From Parcubacteria group bacterium Gr01-1014_38 (lineage in GTDB: Bacteria > Patescibacteriota > Andersenbacteria > UBA10190 > CAIZMI01), in NCBI GenBank assembly GCA_007376145.1, contig VMFP01000007.1, forward strand, positions 1 to 54,070: a stretch of DNA of 54,070 bases, given 5' to 3'. Below are positions 8,080-15,226 of the stretch, in pieces. The notes beneath the pieces are model-generated. The model was not told the origin of the DNA. It did no database searches and was given only the letters and a program-made list of their open reading frames with translations. Every line of letters begins with the position of its first letter. Position 1 is the first letter of the stretch. Position numbers and translations under genes: made by a program.

Positions 8080-8990
8080 CGCTGCAGGCGAGTGTAGAGA
8101 TGCGCTGCGCCGCGGAGAGCCCCGTGCTCTGCGCGTGCCTGCTCAATTGGGAGATCTCGGTGCAGCTCGGGGAATGATGTCCGGGTCTGGATCGTTTGAC
8201 GCACCGTGTCGCGGAACAGAGAGAGTTTCATGGCGGGCACGAGAAACCCGCCGGTGTAGACGATTTTTTCGATTTTCGGGATGAGGTTCAGACGGTATGC
8301 CCAGGCCTTCCCGATTCCTTCCGCAACGTAGCGGTACAGCTCGACCGCCCATCGCTCACCATGCGTCACCGCTGCATCGGCGAGTGCATTGGGATGCGTC
8401 CCTTTGGGAATCGTGATCTTCTTCTGCTTCAGGATGAGCCGCACCCGCTCTTCCACTTGTCCGCCGGAGAAGTGAGCCTCATTACAGTCCTCCGCGTGTC
8501 CGAGGCCGCAGCGCCGACCCTCGAAGAGCCCGCTGGGCGTGTGGCCGGGTTCCGCAGCGACGATCTCGCCGTTGAGCAGCAGGGCTCCACCCCACCCCGT
8601 GGAGACCGTGTCCATGAAGGCCCATCGGCAGCCCTTCAGTGCTCCAGCGACCAGCTCGCCGGCGAGCGCTGCCTCCATATCGTTGAACAGCACGCAGGGC
8701 TTCCCCGTCGCACGATGAATCTCTGCGCCGAGGTCAAGAACGTTCTGCTTGATAAACGGGATGTTTGGAGAGGAGCGGACGCGCTGGTGGTTGAGGACAA
8801 CGCCTGCGATGGCGAGGGCGATTCCCTCGGTTTCCTGTGCGAGGGGCCGGAGCCATTGCAGAAATCCTTCCAGTGTTTGCGGCGTCGGATCATCCCGGAC
8901 CTCGCCCACGCGCTCCAGAGTTCCACCGGTGGAGGTCAGGACGGCGGCGCGCGCATGCGTTCCACCGATGTCCGCGGCCAGAATCTGCAT
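8076..8990 (-). CDS. ROK-family sugar kinase (glucokinase-like)
   Basis: The N-terminal block MQILAADIGGTHARAAV is the ATP-binding DxGGT motif, and a ROK-like block GHTPSG..RRCGLGHAEDC is present. Its stop overlaps the cobO stop convergently (TTAG). Confidence 0.75.
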   Translation of the reverse strand: MQILAADIGGTHARAAVLTSTGGTLERVGEVRDDPTPQTLEGFLQWLRPLAQETEGIALAIAGVVLNHQRVRSSPNIPFIKQNVLDLGAEIHRATGKPCVLFNDMEAALAGELVAGALKGCRWAFMDTVSTGWGGALLLNGEIVAAEPGHTPSGLFEGRRCGLGHAEDCNEAHFSGGQVEERVRLILKQKKITIPKGTHPNALADAAVTHGERWAVELYRYVAEGIGKAWAYRLNLIPKIEKIVYTGGFLVPAMKLSLFRDTVRQTIQTRTSFPELHRDLPIEQARAEHGALRGAAHLYTRLQR

Positions 8991-9073
8991 ATTCTCAGGG
9001 TATAGGGAACAGGGGGTGGGGTATAGGAACATGCGTCTTGGCCGAAACAGGCGCCTTCGGTATCCTATGCGAT

Positions 9074-9388
9074 GTGGTTGATGTCACTCCCGAGAATTTT
9101 GAAGCCGAGGTTTTGAAATCCGACAAGCCGGTGCTCTTGGAGTTCTGGGCCTCGTGGTGCGGCCCGTGTCACGTGATGAAACCCATTCTCGAAGAGCTTG
9201 CGGAAACGGAAAAAGAACGACTGAAAGTTGTTCGGGTGAGCGCAGAAGACCATCCGGAGTTCGCGAACCAGTATTCCGTCCTTGCGATTCCGACGTTCTT
9301 CCTGTTCCAGGCAGGGAATGTCGTCGGTCATCACATCGGCGCCATGTCCAAGGACCAAGTCGCGAAGTTCGCGGGCGTTTCCTCGTGA
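9074..9388 (+). CDS. trxA: Thioredoxin
   Basis: It carries the canonical WASWCGPCH active site and is 104 aa from the GTG at 9074. The track ORF extends further upstream, but there is no ATG close to the conserved N-terminus. Confidence 0.85.
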   Translation: MVDVTPENFEAEVLKSDKPVLLEFWASWCGPCHVMKPILEELAETEKERLKVVRVSAEDHPEFANQYSVLAIPTFFLFQAGNVVGHHIGAMSKDQVAKFAGVSS

Positions 9389-9473
9389 CTTTTTAAGATC
9401 CTGCGAGGGCATCAAGAGTCCCGCGACGAGAACCACCCCTACGGGTAACGTTTGTGAGAAGTACAATGAGACA

Positions 9474-10244
9474 ATGCGCGTGGTTTCATTGGCACCGAGC
9501 GCGACAGAAATTTCCTTCGCCCTCGGGTGTGGCGATCGGCTGATCGCCCGGACAGCATTCTGCGACTATCCGCCGGAAGCGCACCATGTCCCCGCGGTTG
9601 GCGGCTGGACGACGGCCAACGTTGAGTCCGTTGTTGCGCTCAAGCCCGATCTCGTACTCACCTCCACATTTCTTCAGGACAGCATTGTGGCGGAGCTGCG
9701 CGCACGAGAGCTGCAGGTCTGCCACACCGATCCGCGAACATTCCTGGATGTTTTAGAGACCTTTGAGACCATTGCTGGCGCTCTCGGCGTTCCCGAGCGT
9801 GGAAAAGAGCTCCGTGCGCACACCGAGGCAGAGCTTCGTGTCTACGTCCCGACCCCGATGCCGTCCTCCCCCACGGTGTACGCCGAAGAATGGCATGAAC
9901 CACCCATGGCCTCTGGGAATTGGGTTCCGGACCTTATCACGGCCGCTGGCGGGCAGTCCTTCCTTCCACCAGGGGAGCGGAGTCGGAAGGTCACGCTGAA
10001 CGAAGTCCAGCAGTTCGATCCCGATGTCGTCGTGCTGAATTACTGCGGGATGGAGCGTGTGAATCCCGACGCGCAGCGGTCGCTTCTCATGACGCGTCCG
10101 GGGTGGGACACTCTTCGCGCCGTGCGCGCTGCGCATGTGTTCGTCGTACCGGATTCACTGCTGAACCGGCCAGGCCCCCGGCTCGCTGCCGGAGTGCAGG
10201 CCATTCGCCAGGCGGTCGTGGCGGCTTACGCCATCACCTTGTAG
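9474..10244 (+). CDS. Periplasmic-binding-protein type 2 family, BtuF-like corrinoid/iron-chelate binding protein
   Basis: MRVVSLAPSATEISFALGCGDRLIARTAFCDYPPEA..VPAVGG..NVESVVALKPDLVLTS resembles the BtuF N-lobe. No signal peptide or lipobox is seen at the ATG at 9474. Confidence 0.7.
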   Translation: MRVVSLAPSATEISFALGCGDRLIARTAFCDYPPEAHHVPAVGGWTTANVESVVALKPDLVLTSTFLQDSIVAELRARELQVCHTDPRTFLDVLETFETIAGALGVPERGKELRAHTEAELRVYVPTPMPSSPTVYAEEWHEPPMASGNWVPDLITAAGGQSFLPPGERSRKVTLNEVQQFDPDVVVLNYCGMERVNPDAQRSLLMTRPGWDTLRAVRAAHVFVVPDSLLNRPGPRLAAGVQAIRQAVVAAYAITL

Positions 10245-10477
10245 ACAAGCGCTCCTTCTTTGATTTTCTGGTCCACCTTGATTCCGACGGCGTCCCCTTT
10301 TTTCGCGGAGTCAACGGATGCGTGCTCGATTTGCATCGAAGTCACTTCCTGATCAAACTCCTCCTCGCCCCGCTTGAATTTAATCGTGTCGCCAACCGCG
10401 AGCTTGCTGGCAAGCTCGACAATGGCCACACCAACCTTGTCGTAGAAGTGGACCACTTTTCCTACTTCGGTTTCCAT
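10226..10477 (-). CDS. Small EF-Tu domain-2-like beta-barrel protein (translation-factor-like)
   Basis: 83-aa ORF METEVGKVVHFYDKVGVAIVEL..GDTIKFKRGEE..QIEH..V..AKKGDAVGIKV, the pattern typical of stand-alone EF-Tu_D2-like proteins. Confidence 0.6.
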   Translation of the reverse strand: METEVGKVVHFYDKVGVAIVELASKLAVGDTIKFKRGEEEFDQEVTSMQIEHASVDSAKKGDAVGIKVDQKIKEGALVYKVMA

Positions 10478-10566
10478 GGCAGCGATGGCCTGCTACGGAT
10501 AAGTGCTCCTACCGTAGCGCGGTGGCGTCCACAGCGCAAGGGCAGCGATTTTCGTGATGTTTTCTC

Positions 10567-10641
10567 TGGTCGGGGACGAGGGAGTCGAACCCTCTGCCTC
10601 ACGGTCCCGAACCGTGCGTTCTACCGATGAACTAGTCCCCG
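10567..10641 (-). tRNA. tRNA-Pro (anticodon CGG)
   Basis: Reverse-complement cloverleaf: acceptor CGGGGAC/GTCCCCG, anticodon stem CACGG/CCGTG with loop TTCGGGA, T-loop TTCGACT, encoded CCA. Confidence 0.85.
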
Positions 10642-10645
10642 GACA

Positions 10646-10720
10646 TGGTGGACCCGGCGGGACTCGAACCCGCGATCTTTAGCATGCCATGCTAACGCTT
10701 TTCCTCTAAGCTACGGGCCC
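10646..10720 (-). tRNA. tRNA-Ala (anticodon GGC)
   Basis: Acceptor GGGCCCG/CGGGTCC with the G3:U70 alanine identity pair. The anticodon loop is ATGGCAT, and CCA is encoded. It lies 4 nt from tRNA-Pro. Confidence 0.85.
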
Positions 10721-10811
10721 TGAATGTGGAAAGTACCATGTCGGCGCAAAGCGCCCCCGCCGAGCGGCAAAGCCGCGAGGCAACATCCTCATCAAATCGC
10801 GAAAGTATCTT

Positions 10812-10825
10812 ATGGTGGACCCGGC
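10812..10825. repeat. Isolated copy of the tRNA-Ala 3' terminus (att-like direct repeat)
   Basis: ATGGTGGACCCGGC is identical to 10645-10658, the 3' end of tRNA-Ala(GGC). Its first 13 nt also match 12304-12316, the 3' end of tRNA-Ala(CGC). The flanks do not continue as a tRNA. Confidence 0.6.
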
Positions 10826-11064
10826 TGAACGTTCATCTAACCGGGCTGGTGCGCTTATGCCGTGATCCTACGTTGGCTGGGAAACAGACGCACCTCCTCC
10901 GCGAAGTGGGTTTCGCCGCATCAGCATGCCGGACGGTAAGGGGCGTGTAAAGATCACATGGCGGTCTCCGTGTTGACCTTCGTTCTCCTTCTTCCGTAGA
11001 GTGGTGAGGCTCTGTTACCTATTTCCCTCTGTTCGTTTCCAACCACGCAGCGGAAGGAGTCACT

Positions 11065-11832
11065 ATGGTTATTCCGATGACCCGGTACGTTCTCGGCCGG
11101 AGCGAGCGAGCCATATTCGGAGAGATATACTTCCCCAAGCGAGCGGCATACCAAAGCGCAATCTTCGAGGCGCTTCGTCACGGACACGACGAGCGCCTCG
11201 TGAAGAGATACCTGCGACGCAATGCTGGCCATCTCTTGGAAGAGCTCGGGCAGTTTCCGAGACTCTTTGACCCTCATTACTACGAGACCGCCACGCTGCA
11301 TAAGATGCCACCCACGGTTGCGGCGGCGTACGAACGATTCGACATGTATCACTCGTCCTTCAGGGGGTGGTCTGTGTACTCCGTTGACGGCGTGTTCTTC
11401 GATCGCGAAGGACAAATGTACGAGGAGGCAACGCAGGTTGTTCGCATGATGTTTCGTTTCGAGAGTTCATTTGCAGCTCAGGCGGAAGGTGCCGGGTGCT
11501 CGGACGTGCTGCGCAGCATGCTTTTCTGGGCGATCAGCCGGCAAGCGCGACTAGCTGACAATAAGCCCTGGAGCCCCGGTGAGCAGGCACGGTTCGTGGA
11601 AGAGCACGCGCCCTGGTCCAAACGGAAGCGAGCCTTCGTCCAGCGCTACTTTGCCGACATCATCAAGGAAGTCGCGAAGTGGATTGACGACGCTGGCCTC
11701 TTTGTCTTCGGCTATTTGATTCGCAAGTTCTCCGCGCAGGTTCTCATCGAGCGGCTCCGCGAAGAGGAGATTTGGGCAACGAGCCTCTTTAACCTGACCC
11801 TGAGCGTGGTCCGTCGCACGGAGCAGTCCTAA
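11065..11832 (+). CDS. Hypothetical protein (255 aa), no family recognised
   Basis: Long ORF with the Shine-Dalgarno sequence AAGGAG 7 nt upstream of the ATG. It is followed by a coupled small ORF and then an intrinsic terminator. Confidence 0.6.
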   Translation: MVIPMTRYVLGRSERAIFGEIYFPKRAAYQSAIFEALRHGHDERLVKRYLRRNAGHLLEELGQFPRLFDPHYYETATLHKMPPTVAAAYERFDMYHSSFRGWSVYSVDGVFFDREGQMYEEATQVVRMMFRFESSFAAQAEGAGCSDVLRSMLFWAISRQARLADNKPWSPGEQARFVEEHAPWSKRKRAFVQRYFADIIKEVAKWIDDAGLFVFGYLIRKFSAQVLIERLREEEIWATSLFNLTLSVVRRTEQS

Positions 11833-11851
11833 CACCCATTGAAAGGAGCAT

Positions 11852-12082
11852 ATGATGGTTTCTCCGCACATCGCAGAATTGGTCCGAGAAATCTTTGCCT
11901 GCTACGGCGAGGAGATCGAGTGCGAGGCAAAGAAAGATCCCGAAGCCTACCTCGTTTACCTTCTTACCGCCATCAAGGAAGAACTGCCGCATGTCTGGGC
12001 GACCCTGCAGTCCACGGTCGAGGAAGCGACGCTCCGGTACCACGAGGAGGCTACCAAAGGTCAGCGCCAGCGTGCTAAGTAA
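11852..12082 (+). CDS. Hypothetical small acidic protein (76 aa)
   Basis: AAAGGAG lies 6-9 nt upstream of the ATGATG start. The ORF begins 19 nt after the upstream ORF, and a terminator lies 10 nt downstream. Confidence 0.5.
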   Translation: MMVSPHIAELVREIFACYGEEIECEAKKDPEAYLVYLLTAIKEELPHVWATLQSTVEEATLRYHEEATKGQRQRAK

Positions 12083-12091
12083 CCCTGTTTG

Positions 12092-12121
12092 AGACCGGGC
12101 CATCGTGTCCGGTCTTTTTCT
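12092..12121 (+). terminator. Intrinsic terminator of the two-gene cassette
   Basis: Stem AGACCGG/CCGGTCT (12092-12098/12109-12115) followed by TTTTTCTTT. Confidence 0.6.
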
Positions 12122-12304
12122 TTGGCTATACGTACCGCCCGGACAAGTCCACCATCTGCCATGCTCCGATCGCGTCCCATGAACAGAGTCGGCGCGGTTC
12201 CATTCCTTCATTCGTGTCGAGCACTGTTCTCTGCCTGGTGATTGAACCGAACTTTTTGGCTTTACAGCGCGGGGAAACGGCGCTGGAGTACTGTTCTGTC
12301 TGAA

Positions 12305-12379
12305 TGGTGGACCCGGGGGGATTTGAACCCCCGACCCCGGCAATGCGAATGCCGTGCTCTACCACTGAGCTACGGGCCC
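12305..12379 (-). tRNA. tRNA-Ala (anticodon CGC)
   Basis: Acceptor GGGCCCG/CGGGTCC with G3:U70, anticodon stem CGGCA/TGCCG with loop TTCGCAT, T-loop TTCAAAT, encoded CCA. Confidence 0.85.
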
Positions 12380-12476
12380 TGGCATGCTGACAAGGAGCGG
12401 CCCCAGCGTAGCGTAAAGCAGTCGAGGTTTCCACTTGGCGTCGAGAGGAAGATAATGAGCACGAGGAACTTAAAGG

Positions 12477-13241
12477 ATGTCGAGTGCTCTGAAAAAAGTT
12501 CTCGGTATTGTCTTGATTCTGCTCGGCCTTCTTGCGCTGCTTACGCCGCTGACGCCGGGATCCTGGCTCATCATTGTCGGGGCGGAGCTCCTCGGCTTCC
12601 GACTTCTCTTTTTGGCACCGCTACGGAAGTGGTTTTCCAGGTTTCCATGGAGCGCACGGCCGTCCCCCACCCTCACGCTCGCAGGTGATCCGCGCACTCG
12701 CCGCCTGCTCTGGGGGGCCGGGCTGGCGTTCGGCATGGTGGTTTTCTTCGTACTTTTCGCGAGTTGGCGCGTTCGCCAGCAAACATCTCGGGCTTCGCCG
12801 GCTCCTTGGTTTCCACCAGTGATCAGCACGCTTTCCGCGGCGTGCCTCCTCGTTGGATCTCACGCCCTCACCGTGGAACTCGCACGAACACCATCGGAGC
12901 AGGCACGGGGATTGTCCGGTCGAGATACGCTCGGTCCTGACCGCGGGATGCTTTTTGTGTTCCCCACCAACGGCGAGCGCGTCTTCTGGATGAAAGATAC
13001 AAGAATCCCACTCGATTTTCTCTGGATTCGAGAGGGGAAGATTGTCGGGATTACCGCCAATGTCCAACCGGAACCGGGGGTGCCCGATGCCCTCCTCCGG
13101 AAGTACATCTCGCCCGGACCGGTGGACCAGGTTCTCGAGGTCAACGCGGGCTGGTCGGCGACGCATGACATTCGCGTGAGAGACCCCGTCCGCTTCCCCG
13201 ATGGCGAAGAAATGCCGGCCGAAGGAGGTGATCGCCGATGA
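12477..13241 (+). CDS. Membrane-anchored DUF192-domain protein
   Basis: The N-terminal segments are hydrophobic (VLGIVLILLGLLALLTPLTPGSWLIIVGAELLGF). The C-terminal block GLSGRDTLGPDRGMLFVFP..VFWMKDTRIPLDFLWI..GKIVGI is typical of DUF192. Confidence 0.7.
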   Translation: MSSALKKVLGIVLILLGLLALLTPLTPGSWLIIVGAELLGFRLLFLAPLRKWFSRFPWSARPSPTLTLAGDPRTRRLLWGAGLAFGMVVFFVLFASWRVRQQTSRASPAPWFPPVISTLSAACLLVGSHALTVELARTPSEQARGLSGRDTLGPDRGMLFVFPTNGERVFWMKDTRIPLDFLWIREGKIVGITANVQPEPGVPDALLRKYISPGPVDQVLEVNAGWSATHDIRVRDPVRFPDGEEMPAEGGDRR

Positions 13242-13426
13242 AGCCTGTCTACGTGTGCACTGGCGGGTGCGGCGGAAAGGTGTCCGCCGAAGACTATGCC
13301 GCTGGGAAGACCACCTGTGCAACCCCTGGATGCTCGAAGGAAGGCCTGCCGTTGGAATCTCGTCAGGAATGCGAGGAGTGTGGGGCAGTCATCTCGCTCG
13401 CCGAGGTCCCCATACACAAACACTGA
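13238..13426 (+). CDS. Small Cys-rich (zinc-ribbon-like) protein, 62 aa
   Basis: Its start overlaps the upstream stop as ATGA. It contains three Cys pairs: CTGGC, CATPGC and CEEC. Confidence 0.5.
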   Translation: MKPVYVCTGGCGGKVSAEDYAAGKTTCATPGCSKEGLPLESRQECEECGAVISLAEVPIHKH

Positions 13427-13463
13427 AGAGAAAAGCGTCCGTGAGCATCTCGGTTGATGTACC

Positions 13464-15032
13464 GTGGAGAGCATGCGTGGGGGAACCCAGCAGTTTCGGG
13501 ACTACCGTGAGCTTCTCTTCGCCGGGGCTCTCATGGTGTTCGTGTTCTCGTGGCCTCTCGACCGTCGGCACCTCGTTTTCACGGAATACTCGTTCATCAC
13601 CGGGGCCTACACGGAGGCGGGAACACTATCACTCTACGCGTCAGATCTCGCGTTCCTCATGCTCTGGGCCGCGTGGTGCTGGTACGCCATCCAAAGGCCG
13701 AAGGAAGCGGTCATTCCATGGAGTGTCTTCAGAGCCGGTTTAGCGTTACTTGCATGGTCAGTGTTCCGCGCTTTTCCGCTCGATGTTCCTATCGGAACAG
13801 GGTTCTCCACCCTCCTTGGCTGGTATGGATCAGCCCGCATCGGGCAGGGGCTCCTCATCGCGCTCATCGCGGCGCACGTCTGGCGGTCTCCAAACCTTCG
13901 GAGAGTCGTCCTCTGGACACTCGTGCTTTCCGGGATCTTCCAGGGCCTTCTCGGCATTGGACAGGTGCTCCGCGGTGGGGATTTTGGACTCCGGTTCCTA
14001 GGGGAACATCCCCTCTCACTCCAAACTCCCGGAGTTGCCAAGGTAGATATTAAAACATATAATGGATCATTAGACAATGTTCCTAAAGGAACATCTGCTG
14101 AAAGAACGGTGTCTAGGAAAGATGTTCCTTTAGGAACAAAGGTTCTGAGAGCATACGGAACATTCCCACATTCGAATGTTCTCGCATCTTTCATTCTGGG
14201 CTCACTTTTTGCTTCATATTTTCTGCATCGAGAGAAGCGTGGAACACGCGAAACATTTTGGAATCTTTTTCTCATAATCCCCTTTGTTCTTTCCTTAGGA
14301 TTACTTCTGACATTTTCTCGTTCTGGATGGCTGTCATTCCTACTCCTCATGGGAACATTGGGGGTATGTTTCTATAGGAACATCGAAAGGAACATCGAAA
14401 ATCAACGAAAAGCTCGATTCTTTTTTCTTTCGGTAACGCTCGGGATTCTCATTCCTTTATTGTTTTCTACGCTCCGTTCGGCTGCAATCGCGAGAATTTT
14501 CCCCGAAGAAACAGATACGTTTCTTCATGGAAGAACAGCTTCTTTCTACGATACTTTTAATGTTTTAGCAAGATCTCCGTTCTTTGGAGTTGGTACGGGT
14601 AATGGATTTATATCGTTAGTGCGAAACACTCGGAACATTGACAATAATAAAGAATATGTTATTTTATATACTCGGGAACCATGGAAATACCAATATCCGC
14701 ATAACGTGTTCCTCGTCATCCTCCTCGAGCTCGGCGCGGTGGGTGGTATCCTGTTTCTGGCGTTCTTGTACGAGGGGACGAAATTCTTCGTGCTGTCTTT
14801 TCGGCGTCAATCTCTCTTCGCACGCGTCCCGGTGGCTGGTGTCGTCTTGGCAATCCTGGCTGTGGCCGTCCTCGGTCTGACGGATCATTACCTGTGGACA
14901 GTTCAGCAGGGCCGCATTTTACTCTGGAGCCTCGTCGGTATCCTGTTCGGTACCATCTCACGGAAGCGGGAGGAGCCTTCTCCCGCCCCGAGAGAAGCCC
15001 CTTCCCCCCGCGCCTGGAGGGCGCCTGGCTGA
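13464..15032 (+). CDS. O-antigen ligase-like (Wzy_C family) polytopic membrane protein
   Basis: It has many hydrophobic segments and the motifs LLTFSRSGWLSFLLL, FFGVGTGNGF and YPHNVFLVILLELGAVGG, typical of the O-antigen ligase/polymerase family. Confidence 0.75.
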   Translation: MESMRGGTQQFRDYRELLFAGALMVFVFSWPLDRRHLVFTEYSFITGAYTEAGTLSLYASDLAFLMLWAAWCWYAIQRPKEAVIPWSVFRAGLALLAWSVFRAFPLDVPIGTGFSTLLGWYGSARIGQGLLIALIAAHVWRSPNLRRVVLWTLVLSGIFQGLLGIGQVLRGGDFGLRFLGEHPLSLQTPGVAKVDIKTYNGSLDNVPKGTSAERTVSRKDVPLGTKVLRAYGTFPHSNVLASFILGSLFASYFLHREKRGTRETFWNLFLIIPFVLSLGLLLTFSRSGWLSFLLLMGTLGVCFYRNIERNIENQRKARFFFLSVTLGILIPLLFSTLRSAAIARIFPEETDTFLHGRTASFYDTFNVLARSPFFGVGTGNGFISLVRNTRNIDNNKEYVILYTREPWKYQYPHNVFLVILLELGAVGGILFLAFLYEGTKFFVLSFRRQSLFARVPVAGVVLAILAVAVLGLTDHYLWTVQQGRILLWSLVGILFGTISRKREEPSPAPREAPSPRAWRAPG

Positions 15033-15226
15033 CCGGCATCACGGTGAACCGAAAATGAGGCGGACAAGCGCAGCCTCGATGGGCGAGAAGAATCGGAGGC
15101 GGAGGTGAGCGGTCCACAGTACAATGAGGATGATGAGAAGGAGGGCATGGAGCAGGACGGCAAGACGCGTATCACGCTGCGCGTGAGCGAGAAGTTCGTT
15201 CTGCCTATTGGTCATAGCACTACGAT

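Noticed and set aside
8196-9005. A 269-aa ORF antisense to the ROK kinase, and similar long antisense ORFs at 16412-17749 (-), 19448-20242 (-), 19773-20564 (-), 22083-23945 (-), 25092-26891 (-), 27750-28694 (-), 28809-30305 (-), 47271-49466 (+) and 52158-53363 (+).
   Set aside because: Each lies opposite a gene with clear family motifs (P-type ATPase, NusA/HppA, TasA-SipW, trigger factor, RNase Y, YbbR, the giant surface protein). Each also has the Arg/Gly/Pro/His-rich composition of non-coding frames.
10721-10960. A possible tmRNA, SRP RNA or odd tRNA on the minus strand, because the segment ends in ..GCCGGGTCCACCA and has CTGTTTCCCAGCC resembling the 4.5S RNA.
   Set aside because: There is no T-arm (the loop would be 16 nt), no matching 5' acceptor strand, no GGAA-tetraloop domain IV and no tag-ORF-like region. 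Only the terminal 13-14 nt match tRNA-Ala, so I interpret it as an att-like fragment instead.
11789-12343. A 184-aa minus-strand ORF spanning the end of the islet and running into tRNA-Ala(CGC).
   Set aside because: It overlaps the better-supported plus-strand 76-aa gene and its terminator as well as the tRNA gene. It has no ribosome-binding site and has a random-frame composition.
15039-15215. A 58-aa hydrophobic minus-strand ORF (MTNRQNELLAHAQRDTRLAVLLHALLLIILIVLW..) between the O-antigen-ligase-like gene and the P-type ATPase, which could be a small ATPase-regulating membrane peptide.
   Set aside because: Its start is only 11 nt from the divergent ATPase start, leaving no room for a promoter or ribosome-binding site. 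No Shine-Dalgarno sequence is visible, so I cannot support it from sequence alone.
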